Origin: Candidatus Cloacimonadales bacterium
Lineage (GTDB): Bacteria; Cloacimonadota; Cloacimonadia; Cloacimonadales; JAIOQZ01
Length of the DNA stretch: 64,000 nucleotides
Direction of reading: 5' to 3'
Assembly: GCA_963662655.2 (NCBI GenBank)
Contig: CAXXTU010000001.1
Span: 32,001-96,000, forward strand
Numbering within the stretch: the first letter of the stretch is position 1; each line of letters opens with the position of its first letter. Shown one piece after another: positions 25,682-35,783 of this stretch. The position numbers and the translations under genes are program-made. The notes under the pieces were generated by a model that saw nothing but the letters and a program-made list of their open reading frames with translations, did not search any database and was not told the origin of the DNA.

Positions 25682-28117
25682 ATGAAGAAATTCCTCATCC
25701 TGTTACTGGCGCTTTCGAGCGTGATGCTGTATGGAATTAGAAACTGGAAAACCCATACAAACACGACCCACCTGTTCGACCTCTACGAACACGACGGAAT
25801 CATCTATATGGCCACTTGGGGAGGATTTGTCCTCTTCGACATGGAAACCAATCAGTTTGTTAAGACCTTCACAAACGTGGACGGACTCACGAGCCAGGAT
25901 TTCCGCGCCCTCGCAGGCTTTGAAGAGACCGGCGAGATCATGGCCGGAACGAACGCCGGCGGTCTGGAGCGCTACATCGACGGCAAGTTCGATATCCCGC
26001 TTTCGTCCACCACCGGACTAACCTCCGAGAAGGTTCAGGACGTGGAGACATTCGGCGATCAGATATTCATCGCGACCAACGCGGGTATGAGCGTGTTCAG
26101 CAACAGCCAGGATTTCCCCATGCCCCTCTTTATAAACGATTTCACCAATCTCAACGGCCTCTCTTCCGTCGACGTGCAGGAGATCGAAATCACGCAGGAC
26201 GGATACATCGTCTGCGGTAATGCAATCGGCATCGACTACTGTCATATCGATTCGATGATGGTCGTTTCCTCCTGGCACAACGCATCGTTCTCTGAGCTGG
26301 GCATTCCGGAGGTCTCGATGTCCGACCTCTCCATCAACGGCAACACGCTCGCGATCTCGACCAGCGACGGACTCGCCGTTCTCAGGGATTTCCCGGCTTC
26401 GCTCGACATGGAACACTACTCGACGGACAACGGTCTGGAGAGCAATCTCGTTTATCCGGTGTATGTCGATCGCGACAACAACATCTGGTTCAGTTACGGC
26501 ACGTGGGACAGCACCAACCTGCTTCTCGAAAACAGCCTTTCCACCGCTGTTACCATGCTCGATCCCGACGAAGGATTCACGACATGGAACAATTCTGTGG
26601 TTTCCGACAAGATCATGGGATTCACGACGGTCGCGAATGAGATTGCTGCCTGTAGCTGGGGCGATGGCTTTTACCTGCTGGAGGATAACGAGTGGATCCA
26701 ACATCAACCGCAGTCCATCATCGCCAACACCGTCACCCAGATGGCTGTCGATCACGACGGCCTCGTGTGGATCGTGAACGGCTACCGCGGCGGCGCGACA
26801 ACCAGTCGCGGAACCCGGGGCGTTTCCGGATACGACGTCAAGAACGACGTTTGGTATAATTACAATGTGGACAACAGCCCACTCCTCAGCAACAACATGT
26901 TCTGTGTCGGTGTGGACAAGAACAACCGAAAATGCTTCGGCACTTGGTACAGCAGCGTGCCGGGATGGGACGAAGGCATCTCCATCTACGACGAGATCGA
27001 AGGTGACCCAACCTGGTCGACGCTTACAAGCGGTCTGCTGAATCGGACCATCAGCTTCATCATACCCGACCCGGGGTACTCCGATTCCTACGACGCGAAC
27101 CTGTGGATCGGCTCCTACGGCACGAACGGTGGCATCAACGTTCTGGACAATGAAGGGAACATCACCAACTTCTACGTCCCCTGGTTCGATCTGAAGGATC
27201 CCATTACCGCATTCATAGGTAAGGACAAGAAGATGTTCGGCAGCTACCATGACGGACTGAGAATCTACGAAGGCGACGGCATCCCGTCAGGAGAAGACAC
27301 CAGCGGCTGGAGTCGGCCTGAATTCAGCGAGCTTGAAAACAGTGGGCGCATCTACGCGATCACCTATCGCGAGAACGACTGGGAAAGCGAGTATTGGGTC
27401 GCGTCCTCCAATGGATTGTTTGTTATGGACGAATTTGACAACTGGTTCAAGCTGGGGACGAGCATCAAGCGAGAAAAATGGGATAAACTCGAAAACGAGT
27501 GGGTGGTATACCAGAGGTATTTCACCAACGAGCAACGGCTTTTCGGCGCGGTGACAACCATTCCTACCGCTCTTTTCACCGATCCGTTCGACAGGGTATG
27601 GATCGGAACGGAGCAGAACGGCATCACGGTTTACGATGGAGAGACGGACACCTACACAACGTACAACACCTCCAACGCACCCCTGCTATCCAACTACATT
27701 ACGGATTTCGCCTACGAACCGATCTCGGGCAGACTTTACATCGGGACGCCCGAGGGACTGAACTCGGTGGAAATCGGTATCTCGGAAAATCCCGAGACCG
27801 TTGTATACGACAAGAGCATCAAGGCTTTCCCAAATCCCTATTATCCCGACCAGACGTCGGTTTCGCTCATGATCGTTAACGGTATCACCGGCTCAGGAAG
27901 TTCCGCGGACTACGGTCTCTTCCCCGATAAAACCAAGTGCAACATCTATGACCTTACCGGACGCCAGATTCTCACACTCCACCTCACCCCGTTCAAGGAT
28001 TTCCGGTGGGATGGAACCAACGAGGCCGGCAGAGAATGCAGCTCCGGCAACTATTTCTACGTCATCTACAACGATGAAGGTCAGATCAGCAAGGGAACGA
28101 TTGCGCTGATCCGGTAA
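25682..28117 (+). CDS. PorZ-like beta-propeller protein with C-terminal CTD/FlgD-Ig sorting-type domain
   Basis: Signal peptide followed by WKTH, and repeated propeller blades (NSPLLSN, WIGT, LYIGT). The tail reads FPNPY...IYDLTG...WDGTN...SGNYF...KGTIALIR. Confidence 0.75.
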   Translation: MKKFLILLLALSSVMLYGIRNWKTHTNTTHLFDLYEHDGIIYMATWGGFVLFDMETNQFVKTFTNVDGLTSQDFRALAGFEETGEIMAGTNAGGLERYIDGKFDIPLSSTTGLTSEKVQDVETFGDQIFIATNAGMSVFSNSQDFPMPLFINDFTNLNGLSSVDVQEIEITQDGYIVCGNAIGIDYCHIDSMMVVSSWHNASFSELGIPEVSMSDLSINGNTLAISTSDGLAVLRDFPASLDMEHYSTDNGLESNLVYPVYVDRDNNIWFSYGTWDSTNLLLENSLSTAVTMLDPDEGFTTWNNSVVSDKIMGFTTVANEIAACSWGDGFYLLEDNEWIQHQPQSIIANTVTQMAVDHDGLVWIVNGYRGGATTSRGTRGVSGYDVKNDVWYNYNVDNSPLLSNNMFCVGVDKNNRKCFGTWYSSVPGWDEGISIYDEIEGDPTWSTLTSGLLNRTISFIIPDPGYSDSYDANLWIGSYGTNGGINVLDNEGNITNFYVPWFDLKDPITAFIGKDKKMFGSYHDGLRIYEGDGIPSGEDTSGWSRPEFSELENSGRIYAITYRENDWESEYWVASSNGLFVMDEFDNWFKLGTSIKREKWDKLENEWVVYQRYFTNEQRLFGAVTTIPTALFTDPFDRVWIGTEQNGITVYDGETDTYTTYNTSNAPLLSNYITDFAYEPISGRLYIGTPEGLNSVEIGISENPETVVYDKSIKAFPNPYYPDQTSVSLMIVNGITGSGSSADYGLFPDKTKCNIYDLTGRQILTLHLTPFKDFRWDGTNEAGRECSSGNYFYVIYNDEGQISKGTIALIR

Positions 28118-28132
28118 AGAGTCTCGCTATAT

Positions 28133-29128
28133 ATGAAGAAATCGGATATCGTTTTTCTGGACCTCGGGAAGCTTGCAAACAAGTTGCAGAAGGATTCCTT
28201 CGGCTTCATCCTTATCGACAGGGTTGTAGCGGAGCAATATCCCGAACTGGTTCAGCAGAATAAGCACATGCTACTCGAAGCAAGCGAGTCCGAGAAGAAT
28301 CTCGAGCAACTCGAGACCATCTACCGCCGCTTTCACGAAGAGCAGATCACCCGCGATCATACAGTCTACGCGATCGGAGGCGGTTGCGTCACGGACATCG
28401 CAGGATTTGCAGCAGCCACATGGAAGCGTGGATGCCGACTGGTGATCGTTCCAACAACGCTTCTGGCGATGGTCGACGCAGCCGTTGGCGGAAAGAACGG
28501 CATCAACTTCCTCGATATGAAGAACGCCGTCGGCACCTTTTACAATCCCGCCGAAACCATCCTTACGCTGGAATTCCTCGATTCGCTCCCGGAAGTACAG
28601 ATTCTGTGCGGCTTTGCGGAAATCGTAAAAATCGCCCTCCTTGGAGACAACCCGTTGTACGCCATGCTGGAAGAGGACGAATCGCCCCTGAGGCAAGAGG
28701 TTATCGAACAGGCGATCAAGGAGAAGATGCGCTATTGCGCCATCGATCCGCACGATCGCGGTGAACGGGCAAAGCTCAATCTCGGGCACACATTCGGGCA
28801 TCTCATCGAGTCGGTGTCGGACTTCGTTATCCCGCACGGTATCGCCGTTGCGCTGGGCATTCGCTTTGCTGCAAGCTTCAGCAGTGAAAACGGGTGGCTA
28901 TCGCAAGAAGACGAGCTCAAAATCAACGCCTTCCTCGATCGCTTCGGATTGCCCGATGACATTTCACCTGCCCTGAAGCAGCGCATCACCAAGAATGGCG
29001 CAAAAATTCTCCACGCGGATAAAAAACGTGCGACAACCCACCTGAAGCTTGTTTGTTTCAACGGTTTCAGATCGGTTTTCCTGCACGAATGCAACGACGT
29101 GAACCGGATACTGGAGTTGTTTGAATAA
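28133..29128 (+). CDS. aroB: 3-dehydroquinate synthase
   Basis: GGGCVTDIAGFAA, PTTLLAMVDAAVGGKNGIN, LNLGHTFGH, HGIAVA, DKK. Confidence 0.92.
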   Translation: MKKSDIVFLDLGKLANKLQKDSFGFILIDRVVAEQYPELVQQNKHMLLEASESEKNLEQLETIYRRFHEEQITRDHTVYAIGGGCVTDIAGFAAATWKRGCRLVIVPTTLLAMVDAAVGGKNGINFLDMKNAVGTFYNPAETILTLEFLDSLPEVQILCGFAEIVKIALLGDNPLYAMLEEDESPLRQEVIEQAIKEKMRYCAIDPHDRGERAKLNLGHTFGHLIESVSDFVIPHGIAVALGIRFAASFSSENGWLSQEDELKINAFLDRFGLPDDISPALKQRITKNGAKILHADKKRATTHLKLVCFNGFRSVFLHECNDVNRILELFE

Positions 29129-29203
29129 TTCCCGCGACTAATGGTTCGAGTTCGTGAGTAGATTCGTTTGATCCGGCGCGCAGGCGTGGTGTTACACGTT
29201 TAG

Positions 29204-29276
29204 TTTCGGCTTTCACGAAGTGAAAACGAAATCTTCGAACGAAAATCTTTCGCGAACAGAAAAAACGAAAGTGGAT
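29204..29276. repeat. Inverted copy of the 3348-3420 hairpin element
   Basis: Manual ungapped alignment to the reverse complement of 3348-3420 gives 62/73 identity, with a compensatory TG/CA to CA/TG swap in the main stem. Confidence 0.85.
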
Positions 29277-29360
29277 TATTGGACGTGTTATATCCACGAC
29301 GGAGCGCGCGATCGGGCGAAGATGCCACGAACGTCCCGAGCTGATCAACAAACCATCTCG

Positions 29361-31997
29361 CTAAATCTTCTTCTGTAATTCCATCAGATATTGCAAGGCC
29401 TCGAGCGGCGTCATCTTATCCAGCTCCAGGTCCCGCACCTCGTCCAGCAGTCCCTGTTTCTCTTCCGTTTTCTCGTACAGGATTTCGAAGATGTCTCGCT
29501 GTGGGGTCTGCGAGGCGAGCTGCTTTCTCATGCGAGCGGTAAGACCCTGCGGCGAAAGCTCGTGAGCTTCCAGATTCTCCAGGATTTGCTTTGCCCTGCG
29601 GATCACCTTGTCCGGCATTCCCGCAAGACGCGCCACCTGAATTCCATAGCTTTGGTCCGAGCCCCCGCGCTCGATCTTGCGCACAAACACCATCTCGTCG
29701 TTCCACTCTTTCACCGAGACATTGTAGTTCTTCACGCCGTCCAGTACATTTTCGAGTTCGGTCAGTTCGTGATAGTGCGTTGCAAAAAGCGTCATCGACT
29801 TCAGTCGCTTGATGTTGTGGATGTACTCCACGATCGACCACGCCAGGCTGAGCCCGTCGAAAGTGCTGGTTCCCCGGCCGATTTCATCGAGCAGTATGAG
29901 CGAGTTCGGGGTCGCGGAATTGAGGATGTTGGAGGTCTCGATCATCTCCACCAGAAACGTGCTCTGCCCCATCGCGAGGTTATCGGAGGCCCCCACCCGC
30001 GTGAAAACCTTGTCGAAAACCGGCATGTTCGCCGACGATGCGGGGACGAAGCTTCCCATCTGAGCCATCACAGCGATTAACCCCACCTGACGGAGGTACG
30101 TTGATTTACCCGCCATGTTGGGCCCCGTGATCAGGGCAATCAAATGATCCTGATGATTCAGGCTAATGTCATTGGGAATAAAAGCCTCTCCGACGAGAAG
30201 CCTTTCCACGACCGGATGCCTGCTGTCTAAAATCTCGAGGATCCCTTCGTCGTTGAAAGCTGGCCGGCAGTAATTGTTGTGGTACGCGATCCACGCCAGA
30301 TTGGTGATGAAATCGATCTCGGCGATGATCCCTACGTATTGCAGCAGCCGCGGGGTCTCTTCGAAAATCCTCGCCCGAATTTTTACAAACAGCTCATACT
30401 CGATATTCTGAATGCGCTCTTCCGCGCCCAGAACCTTCGATTCATATTCCTTCAGATCGGGCGAGATAAAACGCTGGCTGTTCACGAGTGTCTGCTTGCC
30501 AATATAATGCTCGGGGACTTTATCCAGATGCGTATTGGTCACCTCGATGTAGTATCCAAAAACCTTGTTGAATCCCACCTTTAGGCTCGGGATCCCGCTC
30601 TCTTCACGCTCTTTTTGTTCCAGGCGAGCAATCCAGCCCTTTCCGTCGCGACTGATCTGCCGGAGCTCGTCCAACTCTTTATGATAGCCGTCACGGAATA
30701 GATTGCCGTCCGTGATCTGCACCGGCGGATTTTCCACCAGGGCATCCTCGATCTCGCGGACGATATCCGAGTAATCTCCGATCTGCTCCACGCATTCGGT
30801 GAATATATCGTTCGAGAAACCTTCCAGCATGCTGACAAGTTGCGGCGCAGTAGAAAGATAGGACGTGAGCGTCAGCAACTCGCGCGGGTTGATCCGCTGC
30901 GTCCCCGCCTTGCTGAGGATACGGCTCAGATCACCGATCGTGTCCAGCAGTGTACGGATGTCTTCCGTGATATGGAAGAGGTCCTTACACTCGTAAACTG
31001 CGTTCAGTCTTCGCTCGATCTCCTTCCTGTGGATCAGCGGATGAAGAAGCCGCTGATGAAGCAGGCGCGCGCCCATGGGGGTTTTCGTCTGATCGAGAAC
31101 ACCGATCAAGCTAGCTTCCCGGGTGTTGCTACGCAGGTTCTTCACCAGTTCGAGATTTCGTCGCGACGTCTCGTCCAGTTGCATCGCTTCCTCGATCGCG
31201 TATCGACGAAGCGTTCGTATGTGGTTCAAATCGGATTTCTTGAGCGAAGTAAGATACGAGATTAGCAGTCCCGCAGCGATTGTTCCGGGATCGTTCTGGC
31301 TAGCGCCGAAACCGTCTAGCGTGGTTGTTCCGAGTTGATTCAGCAGAAGCTGATACCCCTCAGACGCATCGAAGAATGGATTATCGAAGCCCGTGAGTAC
31401 CGGGTTATACGGCAACCTGAGTTCTTCCAGCGCTTGCAACAGATCATCGTCGAGTACAACGATCTCGACAGGCTGCTTGCGGAGAATTTCATCGGCAAGC
31501 TGGGTGCTGCGAAGCGTGGTGAAATGGAAATCTCCCGTTGAGATGTCAATCAGCGCGAAACCGTAGTCCTTCTTGCGCGACCCTGTGTAAACGGCAGCGA
31601 GGAAGTTGTTTTCCTTCCCGTCGATGTACTGATCGTCCACGATCGCCCCGGGTGTGATAATCTCCACCACTTCCCGCTTGACGAGTCCCTTGGCGAGCTT
31701 GGGATCCTCCACCTGTTCGCAGATCACCACCTTCGTGCCGCTGCGAATAAGTTTATCCATGTAGCGGTCGAGTGCATGATATGGAATCCCGGCCAATGGC
31801 ACCGGGCTGTCCGAGCGGCGGTCTCTGGCTGTAAGCGTTATACCAAGCAGCTTTGAAGCGAGCTTCGCGTCATCGAAAAACGTCTCGTAGAAATCGCCCA
31901 TCCTGAACAGCAGCAGCTTGTCCGGGTGCATTTTCTTCACGTCCATGTACTGCTGGAGCATGGGAGTCAGCTTCTGTTCCGTATCCTTCATCGACAT
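29361..31997 (-). CDS. mutS: DNA mismatch repair protein MutS
   Basis: TPMLQQY, GDFYE, TGPNMAGKSTY, STFLVEM, DEIGRGT, ATHY, SYGIQVARLAG. Confidence 0.98.
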   Translation of the reverse strand: MSMKDTEQKLTPMLQQYMDVKKMHPDKLLLFRMGDFYETFFDDAKLASKLLGITLTARDRRSDSPVPLAGIPYHALDRYMDKLIRSGTKVVICEQVEDPKLAKGLVKREVVEIITPGAIVDDQYIDGKENNFLAAVYTGSRKKDYGFALIDISTGDFHFTTLRSTQLADEILRKQPVEIVVLDDDLLQALEELRLPYNPVLTGFDNPFFDASEGYQLLLNQLGTTTLDGFGASQNDPGTIAAGLLISYLTSLKKSDLNHIRTLRRYAIEEAMQLDETSRRNLELVKNLRSNTREASLIGVLDQTKTPMGARLLHQRLLHPLIHRKEIERRLNAVYECKDLFHITEDIRTLLDTIGDLSRILSKAGTQRINPRELLTLTSYLSTAPQLVSMLEGFSNDIFTECVEQIGDYSDIVREIEDALVENPPVQITDGNLFRDGYHKELDELRQISRDGKGWIARLEQKEREESGIPSLKVGFNKVFGYYIEVTNTHLDKVPEHYIGKQTLVNSQRFISPDLKEYESKVLGAEERIQNIEYELFVKIRARIFEETPRLLQYVGIIAEIDFITNLAWIAYHNNYCRPAFNDEGILEILDSRHPVVERLLVGEAFIPNDISLNHQDHLIALITGPNMAGKSTYLRQVGLIAVMAQMGSFVPASSANMPVFDKVFTRVGASDNLAMGQSTFLVEMIETSNILNSATPNSLILLDEIGRGTSTFDGLSLAWSIVEYIHNIKRLKSMTLFATHYHELTELENVLDGVKNYNVSVKEWNDEMVFVRKIERGGSDQSYGIQVARLAGMPDKVIRRAKQILENLEAHELSPQGLTARMRKQLASQTPQRDIFEILYEKTEEKQGLLDEVRDLELDKMTPLEALQYLMELQKKI

Positions 31998-31999
31998 TC

Positions 32000-33064
32000 T
32001 CAGTACCTTTGTATCAGTAGCGAATTAACCTTTTCACCGGCAAGTTTCTGTTTGGCGTCCATCGCCTCGTCACGCGTGCGATAGGGTCCGGCCGCCACGA
32101 CAAAGAGCTCTTTTCCCGCAGCGACTTTGGAAAACGAAATGGCCGGATAACCGGAAGCAATCATCTCCCGGCGATAGCGATCCGCGTTCTCCTCCGTGCT
32201 GAACGCCCCGACCTGAAGATAGAACTTCAGCACGTTGTCCGGTATCGACTCCTGCTTCGGAGTCTCTTCGTTCTTCTTCCCGGTCGAATCGAACGTACTG
32301 AACTGCGTAACATCGACATCACCCTGATTCCGGTCGTCAAGCTGATGCAGGCGATCCTCCGCCGTGTAGCAATATTGTGTGTATCGGTAGTCGCTCATGA
32401 TCTTGCGGTAGGCGTTGATTGCTTGGGCATAATCCCCAAGCTTTTCGTGGCACTCTCCGATCTTCAGCCACAGAAGGGGGATATTGTTGACCTTGGTCGA
32501 ATTGCGCATCGATTCCAGCGTACGGAGCGCGGAGGAGAAATCCCCCTTGTTCAGTTGTGCGGTCGCGATGGTAAACCACGACGACTCGACCATCACCGGA
32601 TCCTGCGAATGGCTGATATAGACCTGTGCGGAAGATATCGCGAGGTTGTTTTTCTCCAGCCGTTCGTAAGTCTTGGCAAGCCAGTAGTCTTTCTCGATCA
32701 AATCGGACTGGGCCAATCCGGCAAGCGCGGCTTCGGCACTCGTGTAATCGCGCTCGAAAAAAGCGAGCTTGGCGATCTCGAGCAAGGCCATTTTCCCGTA
32801 ATGCGTATGCGGATACGATTCGTTCAACGCCAGCAGCTTCCCTTTCTGATCCTCACCGGCGAGCAACGCTCCGAAGTAACCGGCGCACGCCTTTTCATTC
32901 GCCTGTTCGGCAGTCTGCTTCACCAGCGCTTGCAAACGCGCGATATCGCCTTTCCGATAGGCGTCTTCGCAGTCTTCGACGATACCGGCGAAAAGACATT
33001 GCACTGTGATTAAAACAAGGCCGATTACCAGAGCGATTCTCATCGTTATATCTTTAACTCTCAT
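32000..33064 (-). CDS. TPR + SPOR domain periplasmic protein
   Basis: Signal peptide and TPR helices. The C-terminal YLQVGAFSTEENA...GPY is a SPOR motif. Confidence 0.85.
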   Translation of the reverse strand: MRVKDITMRIALVIGLVLITVQCLFAGIVEDCEDAYRKGDIARLQALVKQTAEQANEKACAGYFGALLAGEDQKGKLLALNESYPHTHYGKMALLEIAKLAFFERDYTSAEAALAGLAQSDLIEKDYWLAKTYERLEKNNLAISSAQVYISHSQDPVMVESSWFTIATAQLNKGDFSSALRTLESMRNSTKVNNIPLLWLKIGECHEKLGDYAQAINAYRKIMSDYRYTQYCYTAEDRLHQLDDRNQGDVDVTQFSTFDSTGKKNEETPKQESIPDNVLKFYLQVGAFSTEENADRYRREMIASGYPAISFSKVAAGKELFVVAAGPYRTRDEAMDAKQKLAGEKVNSLLIQRY

Positions 33065-33074
33065 GGTTGAACTT

Positions 33075-34268
33075 CTATTTCACTTTCATTCTCACGATTG
33101 AATGTTCTCCCGGATCGGCATCGCACGGTACCTTCACGGTGGTGTTGGGCCTCGCCGAGGTCGTCGGCGTTCCATCTTCTTCAAAAATCGATTCCACTCG
33201 CAAGCTTGCATCATGGACAAAGTCAGGCGCGATAACCTCGATGGCATCTCCGGGCTCGAACTTTGATTTGCAGCTTATCTCGGCCATCCCGTCCCGGTAG
33301 CGGAGGACCTCGCCCAGATACTGGTAGTCCCTGATGTAACCAGATGTGGGATAGTATTGTGCCCCCGTGGAGGAGAATCCGTCGAAGAAGCCTTCGTAAT
33401 AGGGACGATGGCTAACCTTCCCGAGCTCTCCGGCCAATCCGGGATCGATCGCCTCTCCCCTTCTCGCCGCGTCGATCGCATTGCGGTACGCCCTGGTGAC
33501 TGCCGCGACGTAATACAGGCTCTTCATGCGTCCTTCGATCTTGACGCTGGAAACACCCGCGTCAAGAATCTCGGGGATCCTGTCGATCAGGCACAAGTCA
33601 CGTGAATTGAAGAAGTAGGTTCCTCGCTCGTCCTCGTTGACGGTGAATACCTCACCTTCGCGAGAGCTCTCTACAAGGTGGTACTCCCAGCGACACGCCT
33701 GCGTGCACAATCCCTGATTGGCACTGCGGTCATTGAGAAATGCGCTTATCAGGCACCTTCCCGACCATGCGATGCACATCGCGCCGTGGACGAACATCTC
33801 GAGTTCCATCTCGGGTACACGCTTCTTGATCTCGCGAATCTCCGCCAGCGTCAATTCCCGCGCGAGGATAATCCGGCTCGCTCCGAGCTTGTGCCAGAAC
33901 TCCACCGATTTCCAGGATGTCACATTCGCCTGCGTGCTGATGTGGATATTCAATCCGGCGTCACGAGCAAGCTGGAAGACTCCCGGATCGGACACGATGA
34001 CCGCGTCGACTTCGATCTCTTTCAGGAATTCGAGGTAGGATGGCAGGGAGGAGACATCCTCATTGCGAGCGTAGATGTTGACCGTGACGTAGATATTCTT
34101 GCCGAGGCCATGCGTATAATGCACCGCCTGGATCAGCTCCTCGTTGCTGAGGTTGACCGCCTTGGCGCGCAAACCGAACTGACGGCCTCCCGTATAGATT
34201 GCGTCCGCACCGTATAAAAGGGCATACCGGAGCTTTTCAAGGCTGCCGGCAGGAGAGAGTAGTTCCAT
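33075..34268 (-). CDS. Peptidase U32 family protein (TrhP/YegQ-like, probable tRNA hydroxylation)
   Basis: ELLSPAG, HISTQ, ARELT, HGAMC..SGRC, GLCTQACRW, KIEGR. Confidence 0.92.
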   Translation of the reverse strand: MELLSPAGSLEKLRYALLYGADAIYTGGRQFGLRAKAVNLSNEELIQAVHYTHGLGKNIYVTVNIYARNEDVSSLPSYLEFLKEIEVDAVIVSDPGVFQLARDAGLNIHISTQANVTSWKSVEFWHKLGASRIILARELTLAEIREIKKRVPEMELEMFVHGAMCIAWSGRCLISAFLNDRSANQGLCTQACRWEYHLVESSREGEVFTVNEDERGTYFFNSRDLCLIDRIPEILDAGVSSVKIEGRMKSLYYVAAVTRAYRNAIDAARRGEAIDPGLAGELGKVSHRPYYEGFFDGFSSTGAQYYPTSGYIRDYQYLGEVLRYRDGMAEISCKSKFEPGDAIEVIAPDFVHDASLRVESIFEEDGTPTTSARPNTTVKVPCDADPGEHSIVRMKVK

Positions 34269-35527
34269 TACTGTCCCATGATATTCAGGAATTCGTCGTT
34301 GTTCTTGGATTGCAGCATTTTATTGCGCAACGTCTCGATCCCCTGGAACGGACTCATTGTCTTGAGGAATTTACGCATGACATACATGCGGTTGATCTCG
34401 TTCTGTGTTAGCAGCAGCTCTTCACGACGGGTTCCGGACTTGACGAGGTCGATAGCCGGGAACATGCGGAGGTCGCTGATGGAGCGATCGAGCACGAGTT
34501 CCATATTGCCGGTGCCCTTGAATTCCTCGAAGATCACCTGGTCCATTCGGCTTCCCGTATCGATCAGCGCGGAAGCGATGATGGTGAGCGTTCCCGATTC
34601 GAGTGTGTTACGCGCAGCGCCGAAGAATTTCTTTGGGCGGTGCAAGGCGTTCGCGTCCACACCACCGGAAAGCACCTTACCGCTGGAGGGCTGGATATTG
34701 TTGTACGCACGCGCCAGACGAGTGATGCTGTCGAGCATGATAACCACGTCCTGACCCATCTCGACCATGCGTTTGGCCTTGGCGAGAACCATCTCGGCAA
34801 CCTGGATATGATTGCGTGGAGTTTCGTCGAATGTGGAAGCAACCACTTCCGAGTTCGTCGGAATCAGGGTGCGCCTCATCTCGGTGACCTCTTCTGGGCG
34901 TTCATCCACAAGGAGGACGATCACGTAGACTTCCGGATGATTGGTAAGTATCGCGTTGGCAACATTCTGCATGAGGACGGTTTTACCTGTTCTTGGAGCT
35001 GCGACAATCAACCCACGCTGCCCTTTCCCAATGGGCGTGAAGAGGTTGATCATGCGGGTGGATACGTTCTTGCGATCCGTCTCGAGATCGAGTTTAACCT
35101 CGGGGAAATAAGGCGTGAGCGAATCGAAATTCTTAACTTCGACCACCATATCCGGCTTCTCGTAGTTGACCATGTCAACGCGGAGTAGCGCGTAGTATTT
35201 TTCGCCCTCTTTCGGCGAACGAACCGGACCGGAAACGATATGCCCCTTCTTGAGATTGAAGCGTCTTATCTGCGTGAGCGACACGTAAACGTCGTCGCGT
35301 CCGGGATTGTAATTGTTGTGCTGGAAACGCAGGAAGCCGTAGCCGTCGTCCATGATCTCCAAGCAGCCGTTAACGAAAGCCAGACCTTCTTGCGCGGCAA
35401 GGTTTTCAAGCACCTTGTGGATCAGCTCGTTCTTGCGAAGCGTGGTCATGGAAGGGATTTCAAGCTCGGATCCGATTTTACGCAATTCCTCCATTGTCAT
35501 TGCATAAATATCTTCGGGAATGTTCAT
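34268..35527 (-). CDS. rho: Transcription termination factor Rho
   Basis: DGYGFLR, PIGKGQR, DERPEEVT, DSITRLARAYN, EEFKGTGNME, SGTRREE. Confidence 0.98.
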   Translation of the reverse strand: MNIPEDIYAMTMEELRKIGSELEIPSMTTLRKNELIHKVLENLAAQEGLAFVNGCLEIMDDGYGFLRFQHNNYNPGRDDVYVSLTQIRRFNLKKGHIVSGPVRSPKEGEKYYALLRVDMVNYEKPDMVVEVKNFDSLTPYFPEVKLDLETDRKNVSTRMINLFTPIGKGQRGLIVAAPRTGKTVLMQNVANAILTNHPEVYVIVLLVDERPEEVTEMRRTLIPTNSEVVASTFDETPRNHIQVAEMVLAKAKRMVEMGQDVVIMLDSITRLARAYNNIQPSSGKVLSGGVDANALHRPKKFFGAARNTLESGTLTIIASALIDTGSRMDQVIFEEFKGTGNMELVLDRSISDLRMFPAIDLVKSGTRREELLLTQNEINRMYVMRKFLKTMSPFQGIETLRNKMLQSKNNDEFLNIMGQ

Positions 35528-35744
35528 AAATTCTCCTTAGTTGTGCTGGACTCATATGATCCAACCAAAGCAAAATGATTTGCCTGCAACATGATATGTT
35601 TTCTTTTTATTCACTTCAATTGTTCTGACACTCAAGTCATTGAGTCCCTGCGAACAAAAAATGTCAAGATTTTTCGGGGAATGGGCGGAATAGGTGAAAA
35701 ATCCCTTGGGAAACGGGGCGCGCGCCCCTGATGATCAAGCGGAT

Positions 35745-35777
35745 AACAAAACCGGATCACTGAGAAAGCGATCCGGT
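35745..35777 (-). terminator. Intrinsic terminator after the patatin gene
   Basis: The minus strand reads ACCGGATC-GCTTTCTCAGT-GATCCGGT-TTTGTT, directly after the stop. Confidence 0.65.
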
Positions 35778-35783
35778 ATTCAT

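Noticed and set aside
28133..29128. Sugar-phosphate cyclase for secondary metabolism next to the glycan genes
   Set aside because: The motifs fit an ordinary 3-dehydroquinate synthase and there are no accompanying tailoring genes.
35715..35728. Perfect palindrome GGGGCGCGCGCCCC upstream of rho
   Set aside because: It is short, GC-only and single-copy, so no function can be supported.
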